Origin: Schmidtea nova | Taxonomy: Eukaryota | DNA: 64,000 nt | Assembly (NCBI GenBank): GCA_044892505.1 | Contig: CM097883.1 | Location: 414,594,001-414,658,000, forward strand | Direction: 5' to 3' | Shown here: one piece after another, positions 1 to 11,994 of the stretch | Layout of the letters: every line of letters starts with the position of its first letter | Numbering within the stretch: position 1 is the first letter of the stretch | The notes under the pieces: generated by a model | Seen by the model: only the letters and a program-made list of their open reading frames with translations | Told to the model about the DNA's origin: nothing | The model's database searches: none | Program-made: the position numbers and the translations under genes

Positions 1-109
1 TTGTTAATATACCATTATTGAAAAGAAAATTAAATTTCGAAAAAGCAAAGTTTAGAAGTTAGAAAAACGTTCTTACATCCAAAAAATGATGTTTAGATAT
101 ATTTCATTC

Positions 110-249
110 CACAACCTACGACATAGATCAATTTTTCCATCAAAGGAACATTAGTTAACAAGCTACATACATTAAATGAAACCATATACTCATTCTCATT
201 ATTTTTAAGATGACATACAGTACGAAGGTTATATGAGTGGAGTTTTTCA

Positions 250-250
<1 letters not shown>
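110..250 (-). pseudogene. Penelope-like element reverse transcriptase fragment
   Basis: ORF 93..401 contains MVSFNVCSLLTNVPL (nt 141-185), matching the PLE RT motif xVSFDVxSLFTNVP. It is cut off by a (TA)n tract at about 253-286. Confidence 0.6.
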
Positions 251-289
<39 letters not shown>

Positions 290-469
290 TGGTGGTGATG
301 GTGTTATTGATTTTATTCAAATTTTTACTGTATGTTTTCGAAATATCTAAAGTCACGCTACCACTCATAAACAACATCTGTGGGTCTACCCATATGTACA
401 TCCTACGTACACATGTTGGTGTTGCAGACGACAGTTGGATGCAAGTCGGCAGGTGAGTGATTGTTTAAC

Positions 470-2689
470 CAATTACTATAGAAAATTTATAAAGGATTAT
501 ACAGAAGAAAAAAAAGTTGTTTAAAAAAGTTGTGTGGAAGCAGAGAAAAAATTGATTTGGACAGAAGAATGTGAACGTGCATTTACGAAACTTAAAGATA
601 AGTTGATTAATGCACCAATATTATAGTTTCCTCATTTTTCCAAAACTTTCATATTAGATACGGATGCCAGCTTGTATTGGCTCTGTTTTATCACAGACAA
701 ATAGCTCTGGAAAGGAAAATGTTATTGCTTATGGATCACATGCCATGTCGAAACATGAGATGGGTTATTGCATAACAAGAAAAGAACTTTTAGCTATCTG
801 TTATTTCACAAACCATTTTAAACATTATTTTTATGGGAAAAGATTTATACTACTCACGGACCATAAAGCCATTACATATATGATGAAGACAAAGAAAGCT
901 ATCACTCCACAATTCCAGACTTAGATCAATTTTTTAAGTAGTTTGGAAATAGAATTTCAATACAGGAAAAGAGAAGAACATTGTATTGCAGATGCATTGC
1001 CACGAAGTGAATGTATGATATGCGTTCAATGCCAAACCATTCATATTAATCCAAAGACAGGAAATCTCAAAACGAAGCTTTTGGAAATAACGACAAAAAA
1101 CCCAGAATAAGAATTGCAAAGTAATTAAAAAGAAATTACAGAAATTATAAACAACATAAAACAAAAGAAGGGAAACAAATTTTTAATAGAAAGTGGAGTA
1201 ATATTGACAGAAAACAATAAAATATGGATTCCGGATGATAAAAAATTGAATTCATTAAAAGGTATTGTTGGGTTATTAATGTGAATTTTTTTGTCATCCT
1301 GTCGGCTTAATTGGATCTGTCGAAAATGAAATAATTAAATTTGTTTGACCGCCACTTAATTAAGTTTCGCCGCTAATGGTTTTTCGGCTCTTCCCGGAGC
1401 ATTCAATCTATTTCGATAATTAAATGATTTTGTTGATGCCCCGGGTTTCCACATCGCTTGGGTTTCCCATTAGCTCGGGCTTCCCATTGGCTCGAATTTC
1501 CCATTAGACGATTAATTATTTTTAATTAATTTGTATTTTCTTAATTTATCTTTCTGGGGGTCCCTTTTCAATTTTATATACCCATATTTGAATTTGTCTC
1601 ATCATTTGCCATCCTCCCATACCAGTTTCCCCCGTTGAATCTTTATTTTTGAATTTTATAAATTTTTAATTAATGTTTGTACTTCAATTATTATTTTTCC
1701 AATTTTCATATTTTTATCGATTTGCACATAGTTTTTGTGCTTTTTAATATTTTATTTCAAGCCTGTTCAGCCAACCCCAACAGTATCATAAGAAACTGTG
1801 TCATGCTGGACCAATGAAAATTGAGAAATATGTGTCAAATAATTTTTCAATGAGACACTTGAAACGAATGATCCAAGACGTAGTTCAAAGTTGTGAAAAT
1901 TGTCAAAAGAAGAAAGCTGCAACTACACGGACTAAATAGGAAATTTGTAAATTGCCAGAACCAGGTTTATTTGAAACAATATTTATAGATTTTTGTGGTA
2001 CACTAAAACAAAGTCAGTATGGAATGAGATATATCTTAGGAATTATCGATAGTTTTAGTAAATATGTGACATTACATGCAATAAAATCACAAGACGAAAA
2101 AACCGTTACAACAATTTTAAGAAATATTTGGATTTTAAAATATGGAGCACCGAGATTCATACATTCTGACAGGGGTAAAGCATTTGAGAGCAAAGTTATG
2201 GATAATTTAATGAAGGAGCATAACATTAAAATTATATTTTCAAACCCTTACCATCATTCGGCGAATGGCTTAATCAAAAGACAATTCAGAACAATTAGAA
2301 ATGTCATTCATATCACTTTAAAAGATCAGGATCACAAGAACTGGATGGTTATTACCAGAAATCGAGTTTATGTTGAATTCCACATTCCAGAAAACAATTA
2401 AACAAACTCCATGTGAAAGAGTGTTTGGAAAAAAAGTATATGTAAAGAATGGTCTACAAATATGTCAATTGAGAATACACGTTTTGACGAAATAACAAAA
2501 AGAAAATTAAAAATAGGAGACATAGTGCTAGTAAAAAGAAATGATAACAACAAAGACGATGATAGATACTTTGGACCTGCAAAAGTGATAAAACAAATTC
2601 ACGAGAGGAGCTATGAAGTAGAACTTGATAATGGAAAAAGGTTTATACGAAATATAGAGTGGCTAAAGCCTTTTAATAAACATAAATAG
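470..2689 (+). mobile_element. Ty3/Gypsy LTR retrotransposon pol remnant (RT thumb, RNase H, integrase), frameshifted
   Basis: NYYRKFIKDY..WTEECERAFTKLK..FILDTDAS; RNase H VIAYGS..KELLAI..TDHKA (664-924); integrase zinc finger HKKLCHAG..CENC (1787-1905); integrase core FIDFCG..FIHSDRGKAF..YHHSANGLI (1952-2401); C-terminal GPAKV/SH3-like tail (2462-2689). Multiple stops and frameshifts. Confidence 0.93.
1265..1783. mobile_element. TA-flanked MITE inserted in the Gypsy integrase zinc finger
   Basis: Imperfect TIRs TTGTTGGGTT / AACCCCAACAG with TA on both sides (1263-64, 1784-85). Removing it rejoins ..LK.. to ..YHKKLCHAG. The internal part recurs at about 60440-60700. Confidence 0.7.
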
Positions 2690-2754
2690 AACCAGTAATT
2701 ATAAATAGAACCAGTATTTAATTTTCAGTTTTTAATGGATATAATAAAATTAGA

Positions 2755-3010
2755 TAATAAAATTATAAATTAGCATAATAAATTAAATATAAATATTGAA
2801 GTTATTAATTGGCTTGATTGTAAATTTCATATTTAAGAATGATTGAAAATTAAAATATAAAATGTATATTGAATACTTGTGCTTGCAAAAATATCCTCAT
2901 AGATAAAAAAAAAGAAATTGTTTTAATAATAGCAGAAATTTGTGTTGTTTTTAAAATATATCTTGAGAAATGATGAATGTTCTTAATTTGCGAAATCAAA
3001 CAAATAATCA
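2755..3010 (+). repeat. Dispersed repeat, possibly the Gypsy 3' LTR; second copy at about 26505-26775
   Basis: Shared blocks such as GTTATTAATTGGC..TGTAAATTT.ATATTTAAGAATGATTG.AAAT and GCTTGCA.AAATATCCTCA in both places. It lies just after the integrase stop. TG..CA ends were not resolved. Confidence 0.45.
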
Positions 3011-3672
3011 TACGCTCTTGTAGGTCACTTCTTTTTGCGTAACTAATTTATTTCCTCTCAGCTCCTAGGTGAACGAAAAACTTTCAGCTTTATGCAATCC
3101 ATATAATTTTCTATTCTCTTTACCACACATTAGATGTACAGAACAATTATTACTTCATTACAGCTAAGACAAATACATTGATACATTTATTTCGACAAAT
3201 ACAATACAAAAATCGGTATTTATTATATCTATAAGAAAAGTTTTTTTTCTTAAAAATATCACTTTTCGACAATATTATTAAAAATAAGTATGTCTGAATT
3301 ATTTCATTCAATGCAGTAATGTATAAATAAGGAAATCAATAAACAACATCAATCAGTAAAATACATTCGGACAATCATTTATTAAATTTTACTATAATAA
3401 ATTGTTAAATTATTTTAACTAATTAAATTAATTAAATTAAATATATTTTTACAATTTTTATTAGCATTTTTGTTCTTTTTACCCTTACAAAAATAGGTAA
3501 AAAATTATAATATAAATTTTTATTTGAATCGGACCAAATTAAATAACATTTTGTTTAAACGTTCGTACTATGAAATATTATGTTGGAATATAAACTTTGA
3601 TCATTCAAGTCCAAGTCACAAATATATTTTATCATAAATACATGAAAATAACCTTTTAGTTAATCGAAAAAA

Positions 3673-4251
3673 ATGATTAGTTTAGGTTATACAAATGTTT
3701 GGCAAATATTGAAAGATTATAAGTTTCCAGTAGACAAAGATTCCAAAGAATTTCTGTGTAAACTGTGCGAGAAAATAATGATAAACCCTCACAGTGTTCC
3801 GTGCACATGTACGTATTGCCTAGAATGCATAGAGAATTACCTTGGGGATGAAATAAAACTGTGTCCCGGTAAAACAACTAAATGTCAAGAAATTTCCAAA
3901 AAAATTATTTCGATCAATTATGATTTAAACGATAAGATTTCACAATTAATCGTCAAATGCCCGGAAAGATCATGCAAATTTGAAAGTGCGTTGGAAAAAA
4001 TGGGAGAGCACATCGTGGAAGGAAAGTATCAAACTATCAATTGTCCATATCAAAATATTGGCTGCAATTCTAAAGGGGTAACTCATGATAACATTGAAGG
4101 CCATTTGAGATCTCATGAGCATGACCACATCAAACAGTTGATGGAGGTCATTGATGAAGATTTAAAAAAAAATATTCAAAAATTGGATGCTCAAAATGTG
4201 AATATTTTCAATGAAATTCAACAGATAAAAGACAATGTAGTACAAAATCAA
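3673..4251 (+). CDS. TRAF: TRAF exon 1 (RING and zinc fingers)
   Basis: ATG at 3673, donor CAA|GTGTAC at 4252. The ORF-track extension to 4299 is intronic read-through. Confidence 0.85.
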
Positions 4252-7200
4252 GTGTACCTTTTGATAATGTTTGGGCTTTTAATAATTGTTTTGCTATAGG
4301 AAACATTTTATGAACGAATCCATGAAAAAAATCAAGAAATAGAGGAATTACAATTAAAAGACCAACAATTACATGTAAAAATATCAAAAAAAGCATTATT
4401 TAATTAATTAATAAATATATTTTAGAGAAATATTGAGATTCTAACAGATGAAAATATTCTCTTAAGAAACGTTATAAACAGATTGTCAGAGAGGTCGGAT
4501 GACTTTCAAGTAATTTATTTAATTATAATGACTGAGAATATAATTTAATTAATTAATTAAAAAAATAAATAAAGAACAATTAGATAAATAATTAAATCAA
4601 ATTTGTGAATTGAAAAATAAAAATATTTTATAATTTTATTTACTCTATATTTTAATGAATTTAAACAAAATCCATATGTTGTCATCGAAATGGCTGCAGA
4701 AAATTTTAAAATATTAACATTTATTCTCAAGATATTTATTTAAAGAATGAATTTTAACCAAAATTCAGAAGAAGGAAGAACTGATTTGCCAATTGGAAAG
4801 TTTTCATATTGAAGTGATCAGGATCTTTTTAAGGTCGAAATAAACCTTATGTATAAATGCTTAGCACTTTCACCGTTATTATTATACTTTAATATTCTTC
4901 ACTAACGGCAAAACAATAAAAATACTTTATATTTTTATTTACCTTATAATTAAAAAATTGAAATGAATGTTGTGGATTGATGTGGGACGTAAATTTTTTA
5001 TGCTTATATTAAATAAAAATCCTCGTAAAAATTTGTTTGAATATTACAAACAAATGCTGTTATTTTGAATTTAATAAATATTACTGATAATTAATGAAGG
5101 TTATTGTAAAAATTAAATATTATAATTGAATATTAAAATAAATAGAAAAATAGAAAATTTTATTTACATCATCTTTTAACATTTTAGGAAGAAACCAGGA
5201 TAATTGTAGATGTTATCAATACAATTTCTTTATCAATACATTGGGTTGCCGGTCATAAAATTACCAAATTTACATTACGAACAAATTAAGATCTTATGTT
5301 AGGACCTATTCCCATGGTGACGAAAGAGTTAAATTTTGTTTGAAATAATTCGAATGACGTAAAAAAGATTTTCAATAGATTTATTAGAAAATTTTCATAT
5401 TCAAAGATNNNNNNNNNNNNNNNNNNNNNNNNNNNNNNNNNNNNNNNNNNNNNNNNNNNNNNNNNNNNNNNNNNNNNNNNNNNNNNNNNNNNNNNNNNNN
5501 NNNNNNNNNNNNNNNNNNNNNNNNNNNNNNNNNNNNNNNNNNNNNNNNNNNNNNNNNNNNNNNNNAAGAAGTAGTTGTTTTAATAACATAACGCATGGCA
5601 GAATTTAAATTTAGAAGCAGAATTTGAAGAGAATAATATAAAGCACTTTCGAAGCAGAATTTGGAATTTGAATATAAACACTTTAGAAGCAGTTTTAAAA
5701 GAAGCACAAGAAGATATCTTTTAAATAAAGAAATAATCAAAAAAACGTGGCAATGATTTAATAATAGAAAAACGCCAACTCAGTAAATTCAACATAAACG
5801 CGATATATTTAGATTGTATAACAATCTTCGTCAGACAGCAATCAGGATAATCAATAATAAAATAGAAAATATGCTAAATTTAAACAAATTAATTAATAAT
5901 AATCATCTCCATACTATATCAAAATTTTTTAATTTTTTAATTTAATTTATTTTATTTTATTACATAAAATTTTAAAAATTAATTAAAAGACAAACAACAT
6001 TTTACATAGAACAGAAATGTATTCACTTAATGAAAATGTTTTTTCAAGCAACTTAGAAGATGTTCTAGTAATATCTAACAAGAATAATATACATATTATT
6101 AAAATATTTATTTATGATTAAAGCTAAAATTTTTATTGATTTTTATTTTGGCACCATTTAGTTATGCTATTATACAAAATTATGAAAAGTTTTTTTTTAA
6201 TTAAGATTTTTCTCTAACTTAGACTTTAGGCTAGTCTCTAAAAAGTGAAAAATTTCGCGTAAAATATAACTTTTTATGTATACCATTTCGCGTAAGAAAA
6301 GATTTAGGTGTATTATATAAACATTAAGTTAGTTGTTTATCATTTTATACCGATCGAAATTAGATATTTATGTAATTTATTAATTTATTATTTAATATTA
6401 ATTACACTTAAGACGCACGAACAAACATTCAATAATTAAAATGGGCCCTGGGAGATTTTTCGACTAGATTTGATTAAATTTAAACCGGTTTAAAAATGAA
6501 TTACAATGCAAATAAAAAAAAAACCATAATCCTATAATTAAATCACTATAGCATGTAAATTTGTGTAAAATGCAATTTAATTTATAATTAATTATATAAT
6601 TATATGAATCATTTAATTAACTAGTCTATATATTTAGAGAAAAATCGATGCCTTAAGAGCTGAAAATATTGAAAGAGCAGAAATAACTCAAGTAATTTAT
6701 TTGATAACTTATTTATCTTAAAATAGCTATTATAATCACTTGACTTTTAGTATGTAAATTAGTGAAGAAGAATGCAATATAATAATTTAATATTTTTAGT
6801 TAAGAAAATTGAGATATATTATATGTTAGGATTTTCATTATTTGGCAATTTACAATTAATTTACAAATCATTAAATAAATCCATAAAATTTATTCAATAA
6901 ATTATTAACTAAAACTTAAACTTATTTAAACAAATTTACAATCTTCATTTTTTATTTAAAATTTTTCAATTTAAAATATTTTTTTTCAATTTTCAATTTC
7001 TAATTTAAAATCCTTTCTAAATTTTTCGATTTCTCATTTTCAATATTTTGTAAACAATAACTTTAAAAAATTTTAGAATCTTTCAGCTTCCCTCATATTA
7101 AATATAAGTAAATAATTATGCAAAAATTAGATAATATACAGTTAAATATTTTTTTATTCTTTACACAATAGAAAATTTCGTTGATTTTCATTTTTTCAGA

Positions 7201-9338
7201 ATATTTTTCTATATTCTAATTTTTTTAAATAGCACTTAAAAACGCGGTAACAAAAATTGGTAAAAAATTGAAAACAGTGATCTCTAATCTGAAAGAAAAA
7301 TATTAACGGAATCGTAAATAGTAGATCAAATAAAAATAATCGAATGTCATTATTTGGGGATCAAAATTTTTGACAGAATGTAAGTGAGGTAGATAATGTA
7401 ATTGGTAGTGCTAAAAATTTATTTTCCCTACTGAGCGTTACGCAATTCAAGAAAGACTAATCGTCTTTCCAATTCCTGTTATTGATGAATTTTTTCGGAG
7501 TTGATATCTTTTTTCCACGTATAACATTTGACCCAATGATTCAATTTTTGAGTTGGTTCTATTTTTTGTTTGAGTCACTCCATTGTCAAAAAACGTATTA
7601 CTCTGTCACGTGGTTCATTTTTTTTCCATTATCAACTGCTTGAAATTCGCTTTTGGATTTATTAATAGAAAGCTTTTCACACCTGTTCTTTTACAATGTA
7701 TGCTTACGTTGGTTCCATCTTGCCAACAGTTGAACTTCGCCATTTTCTTCTCATCTTCAAAGATGCAATAAACCTATTGGTAATTCATCCACCATCAGAC
7801 ACGAGTGTACACTTAATTATAGAATATATCTGTGAAGATTTGATACACATCAACTTTTTCCTGTTTATCTTTTTCCTAGTGAGGAGTGAAGTGAAAAGTT
7901 TTTCGGAAAGAATTAATTATTTTTGTGATTATGTTCTTTTAAGATCGAAATATTTCAAGGAATAAGCATCGCAGGAAACCTTTATAATTTAAATTATGTT
8001 ATTATATTATAGAAATACTCTACGATAACAAAATTAAGAATAATAATAATAATATTAAAATAAGTTTCTAGGTAACACTTTTTATTTTTATTNNNNNNNN
8101 NNNNNNNNNNNNNNNNNNNNNNNNNNNNNNNNNNNNNNNNNNNNNNNNNNNNNNNNNNNNNNNNNNNNNNNNNNNNNNNNNNNNNNNNNNNNNNNNNNNN
8201 NNNNNNNNNNNNNNNNNNNNNNNNNNNNNNNNNNNNNNNNNNNNNNNNNNNNNNNNNNNNNNNNNNNNNNNNNNNNNNNNNNNNNNNNNNNNNNNNNNNN
8301 NNNNNNNNNNNNNNTTAATTAATTAAGTATAAAAAATCAAAGACATGTTTGTTTATATAAAACTTTTTTCCACTTTTTCCTTTATCATATCCTATTTCAA
8401 CATGTCTAACAAAATCAATGAAGTGTTCACCAAAGCCGAAAAAACTGAACAAGTTGTAAATTTCCAAGTTGCTGGTCATATCAAATCAAGTGAATCAGTT
8501 GATGAAGGAGATTTTATGAAAACATTTTATTATAAAAATTTGTTATTACTAAAATAAGTGCATATAGTTTTATTATTTGTAAATAATGCAAATAAGTAAA
8601 TAATTTGTGGCCCGTAGTTGCGAGTTAATTTCAGTGAGAATTTTCGAAAATAAAATAATCCTTTTCAATTTGACGCGAAACCAAGCTGAGGCTGTAATCT
8701 TTTCAATTGAGTATCTTCTTTCTTTTGTAGTTCTTAATAATTTTTTTAATTTTTATTATTATCATTATCAACTTTGAAATATATTTTAGATAGATTTTAT
8801 TCGAAGACTTACGGAAATGAGAGAAGAATTTTCCAATGAATCCAAATCTTTAACAAATATTCAGGAGACACAAAATTATGGGAAATTCATTTGGAAAATC
8901 GAAGATTTCCATCACAAAATGGAAATGGCACGGCAGCAAAGAGCGCCCCAAGTTATCAGTAAACCGTTTTATTCTCATAAATATGGATATAAATTATGCT
9001 TACGTTTGTATCCTAATGGAATTAGAGACGAAATCGGACAGAGTGTTTCAATTTTTTTTAATTTAATGAAAGGAGAATATGATGACATTTTGCCTTGGCC
9101 TTTTAGGCACTACGTAACGTTTGGCATTATCAATCAGGATACGATGCGGCTTCACAACAGCCATACTGTAGATTTCAATGAGTTTGAAGACAAAACGAAT
9201 TTCGGAAAGCCAATTAATAAAATGAATGCCAAAGGATTTGGTGTTTATCGTTTTATTCTAATAAAAGAACTATTACAAAATGAACATCTGAAAAAGAAGG
9301 ATCAAATATTCATCAAATGCTTTGTTACCCTTAAATAA
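3673..9338 (+). CDS. TRAF: TNF receptor-associated factor (TRAF) family protein, about 446 aa, 5 exons
   Basis: Exons 3673-4251, 4300-4374, 4426-4509, 6638-6691, 8790-9338, all GT-AG and phase 0. RING CKLC..PCTCTYCLEC..CP, TRAF zinc fingers, coiled coil, and MATH domain FIWKIEDF..SKPFYSHKYGYKLCLRLYPNG..DILPWPF. An extra exon could be hidden in the gaps at 5409-5565 or 8093-8314. The paralog cannot be assigned. Confidence 0.9.
5735..6010 (-). mobile_element. Solo or truncated Penelope pLTR copy in TRAF intron 3
   Basis: Clearly homologous to 39715-40010 (AATCAAAAAAACGTGGCAATGATTTAA..AACGCCAACTCAGTAAATTCAACAT..). Contains a degenerate hammerhead core. Confidence 0.8.
7440..7800 (-). pseudogene. 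Possible highly degenerate RTE-type LINE reverse transcriptase remnant
   Basis: Minus-strand frames give CLMVDE.. and KLSINKSKSEF, loosely like RTE CMLFADD..GLKISRSKTEY. Many stops. Confidence 0.25.
8790..9338 (+). CDS. TRAF: TRAF terminal exon (MATH/TRAF-C domain)
   Basis: Acceptor TTTTAG|ATA at 8790, in frame with ORF 8817..9338, stop TAA. Confidence 0.92.
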   Translation: MDFIRRLTEMREEFSNESKSLTNIQETQNYGKFIWKIEDFHHKMEMARQQRAPQVISKPFYSHKYGYKLCLRLYPNGIRDEIGQSVSIFFNLMKGEYDDILPWPFRHYVTFGIINQDTMRLHNSHTVDFNEFEDKTNFGKPINKMNAKGFGVYRFILIKELLQNEHLKKKDQIFIKCFVTLK

Positions 9339-9652
9339 AATTTGTAAGATTGTTTATTTTTCTAATCAAATCTCTTATAAGTAGAAATTTAAGGAGTAAA
9401 TTTGATGCACTTTTGGAAATCTTTCAGATTTTAATTTCCTAATTTTGTATATTTTCATACTTTCAAACAATAGAACAAAAAAATTGTTTATCGCCTATTC
9501 AACACAAATTTTCGACACTATCTTTTTTCAAGTATTCTCCATTTGACTTAATTTGTCAAACCTTAAAATGACATTATATTGACATTTTAGACCCACGGAC
9601 TTTTTCCTGTTTAAAATTGATAGTCGTTTAAACCCGTTACATCTGTCTAAGG

Positions 9653-10035
9653 CAGTGGTTCCCAACCTGTGGCCCGCAGGCCAGAAGTGGCCCGCCGGTC
9701 ATAAAAAAGTGGCCCTCGGCTTCTCAACAAAGAACACTAAAAATATATCACAATTACAAAATATATCCACAATTTCTTTATCAAAGTTAAACACCAATAA
9801 TTATCACTGGCAATTTAATAACTAAACTAAAGTTATTAATCAGGAATTTGTCTATTGTAAAATATTATTGTAAATTGTGTCATGTAAAAAAAGTATCCTT
9901 GATTTTTTCATATAGAGTATAGACTCATCATAGAGATTTTATCTTCGTAATTTTTAGTTATTTTAACCTTTTGGCCCTTCGTGCCCTCCAACTAAACAAA
10001 AGTGGCCCTAAGCCAAAATAGGTTGGGAATCACTG
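9653..10035. mobile_element. hAT-type MITE (383 bp)
   Basis: TIRs CAGTGGTTCCCAACCT / AGGTTGGGAATCACTG; perfect 8-bp TSD GTCTAAGG (9645-52, 10036-43); subterminal GTGGCCC repeats. Confidence 0.92.
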
Positions 10036-10884
10036 GTCTAAGGTAATACTCAACACTACATAATGTAGGCTACATTGGCTACATTCCATTCTATAACTTT
10101 TTGAGATATTTCATTTTTAAACAAGTTAAATGTTCTCTACGTAAAATGTCTTCGGTTTCCTTGACTAGTGTTTTCCATCTTTTTTGAAGGCGATTTCGAT
10201 CAATTGAGTCATCTGTAATATATTTGGGTTTCAAAAACTATTCGCTCGTCTACTCAATTCCTTTGTCATCTCCATTAAACTCTTTTACTATTTTATCTTT
10301 CGGCCATTAATAACCCAGGTTGTTGGTTAACTTCCTTTAACACTTTTAAAATAAGCACCCATTCTTCAGCTCAAAACATTTCTGAGTAGATTTAAATTAT
10401 ACCGTAACCATTCAAATTTCGAATTTCTTTTGTATGAACAGGGCAGGTGCAAGGGTACCTGGCGCCCCTAGGCAATGAAAAATTCATGCGCCCCTTAGCA
10501 ATATGTATACTTACATATACATATGAATAGCCAAAGATAGCATAGACAAATATAAAAAATTTTATTTAAAGAAAAAATTGAGTCAAAAAAAAGATATTTA
10601 AATTGCAAGATAAAGGAAAGTTTTTACAATTATTTTCATTAACTCTCTTTTTAAGCATCAATAAATCATTAACATACTTAATAATACATTCAAGTTAAAG
10701 TTAAATACATATTGCAATCCAATATTTATTATGAGAAACTAATCTTTCTTGCTTTTGCTCTTGCGAATGTTTGAATTAATCAAGGGCTCAGGGGCGGAAA
10801 TCCGATGAACGAATGACATTAATTGTCAAGCGCCACATTGTTCTGGTGCCCCAAGGCAGTCGTCTAGAAACGATTATTGGTATA

Positions 10885-11131
10885 TGTGATGTAATTTTAA
10901 TGGGACATTCGATCACCCGAACCCAGTATAATCCAGTATAATTGTTGTGCCTGAATGCTTATTTGTTAGTTTGATTAATCTTGAATGTCTGTGTCCTCAG
11001 ATTATATCCTTGTTTATTGTTTATCCCATTGATACATGTGTAGTAGGTACACAAGTTGTGTATATATTATTTAGTTTTACTTAATAAATAAATCTTTTTC
11101 CAAGTCATTGTTATTTATTCATATTGCAGTT

Positions 11132-11138
<7 letters not shown>
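10885..11138 (+). mobile_element. Probable solo LTR
   Basis: Begins TGT, ends ACA, has an internal AATAAA near the 3' end and is flanked by TATA. The right flank runs into (TA)n, so the TSD is weak. Confidence 0.4.
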
Positions 11139-11191
<53 letters not shown>

Positions 11192-11994
11192 GCTACACCA
11201 TTATATTTGAAAGACTTTCGACAATTAAATTAATTAATAAGATTATCAAAGAACAATCCTCGGAAAATAAATAGGGAGAAATTCACTACTGATCAACATG
11301 TACAAATATTTTAATTTTATTTAGAAAGGATACTTTTCGCGAAACTCTGAAAACAAGTGGCCATCACGCTCATCTGACTTAATTGCTACAAGAATTTCTG
11401 GTGGGTGTTTGAAACAAAATAAATAATCATGCTTACCCAAAAATACACCAAAACCCATCAATCAAAATGAATCATTGAAACCCAAGCTTTCTTGGACACT
11501 GATTAATCTCACAATTTGATTATATTTGACAATTACTAAAACCGTTCATGAATTTTATTTATTTGAAAAAGAAAATATCGCATATTATTTGTAAATAAAT
11601 TGAGAACCAAAAATAAACATTAAAACGACTTAATTTTAATAATCAATAAAATTGATAAATTATAAAAAATGTTTTCAAAAAAATTATCGTCGCAAACATA
11701 TAAATTATTAAATAGGTAATTAAAACAAATAGGTTAAGATATTATTAAAACAAATGTATTTACGTCAATTTAGAATTTCTAGTAAAATTATAAACAGATT
11801 AAAATAGAAAATTTAATAATTTATCAAGAAAATTAATATCATAATTTTTCATAGCAATAAATAATTTTATATATTTTGAACTAATATTAATAAACTAATT
11901 TTCTAAAATATAAAAATAATGTAAAAAATAAATTAATGTACTTTTATAATAAAAGAATTATTATTAAAAATATAGAATAAATGTACATGTGGAC

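Noticed and set aside
4680-4960. Similarity to about 52030-52260 next to the Polinton remnant, as a possible Polinton terminal repeat
   Set aside because: The match is patchy and rearranged, with no AG/AGT-type terminal repeats or 6-bp TSD. I treated it as an ordinary dispersed repeat.
8345-8557. ORF containing MSNKINEVFTKAEK.. in the last TRAF intron
   Set aside because: It is short, has no recognisable motif, and has no splice sites that fit the TRAF frame.
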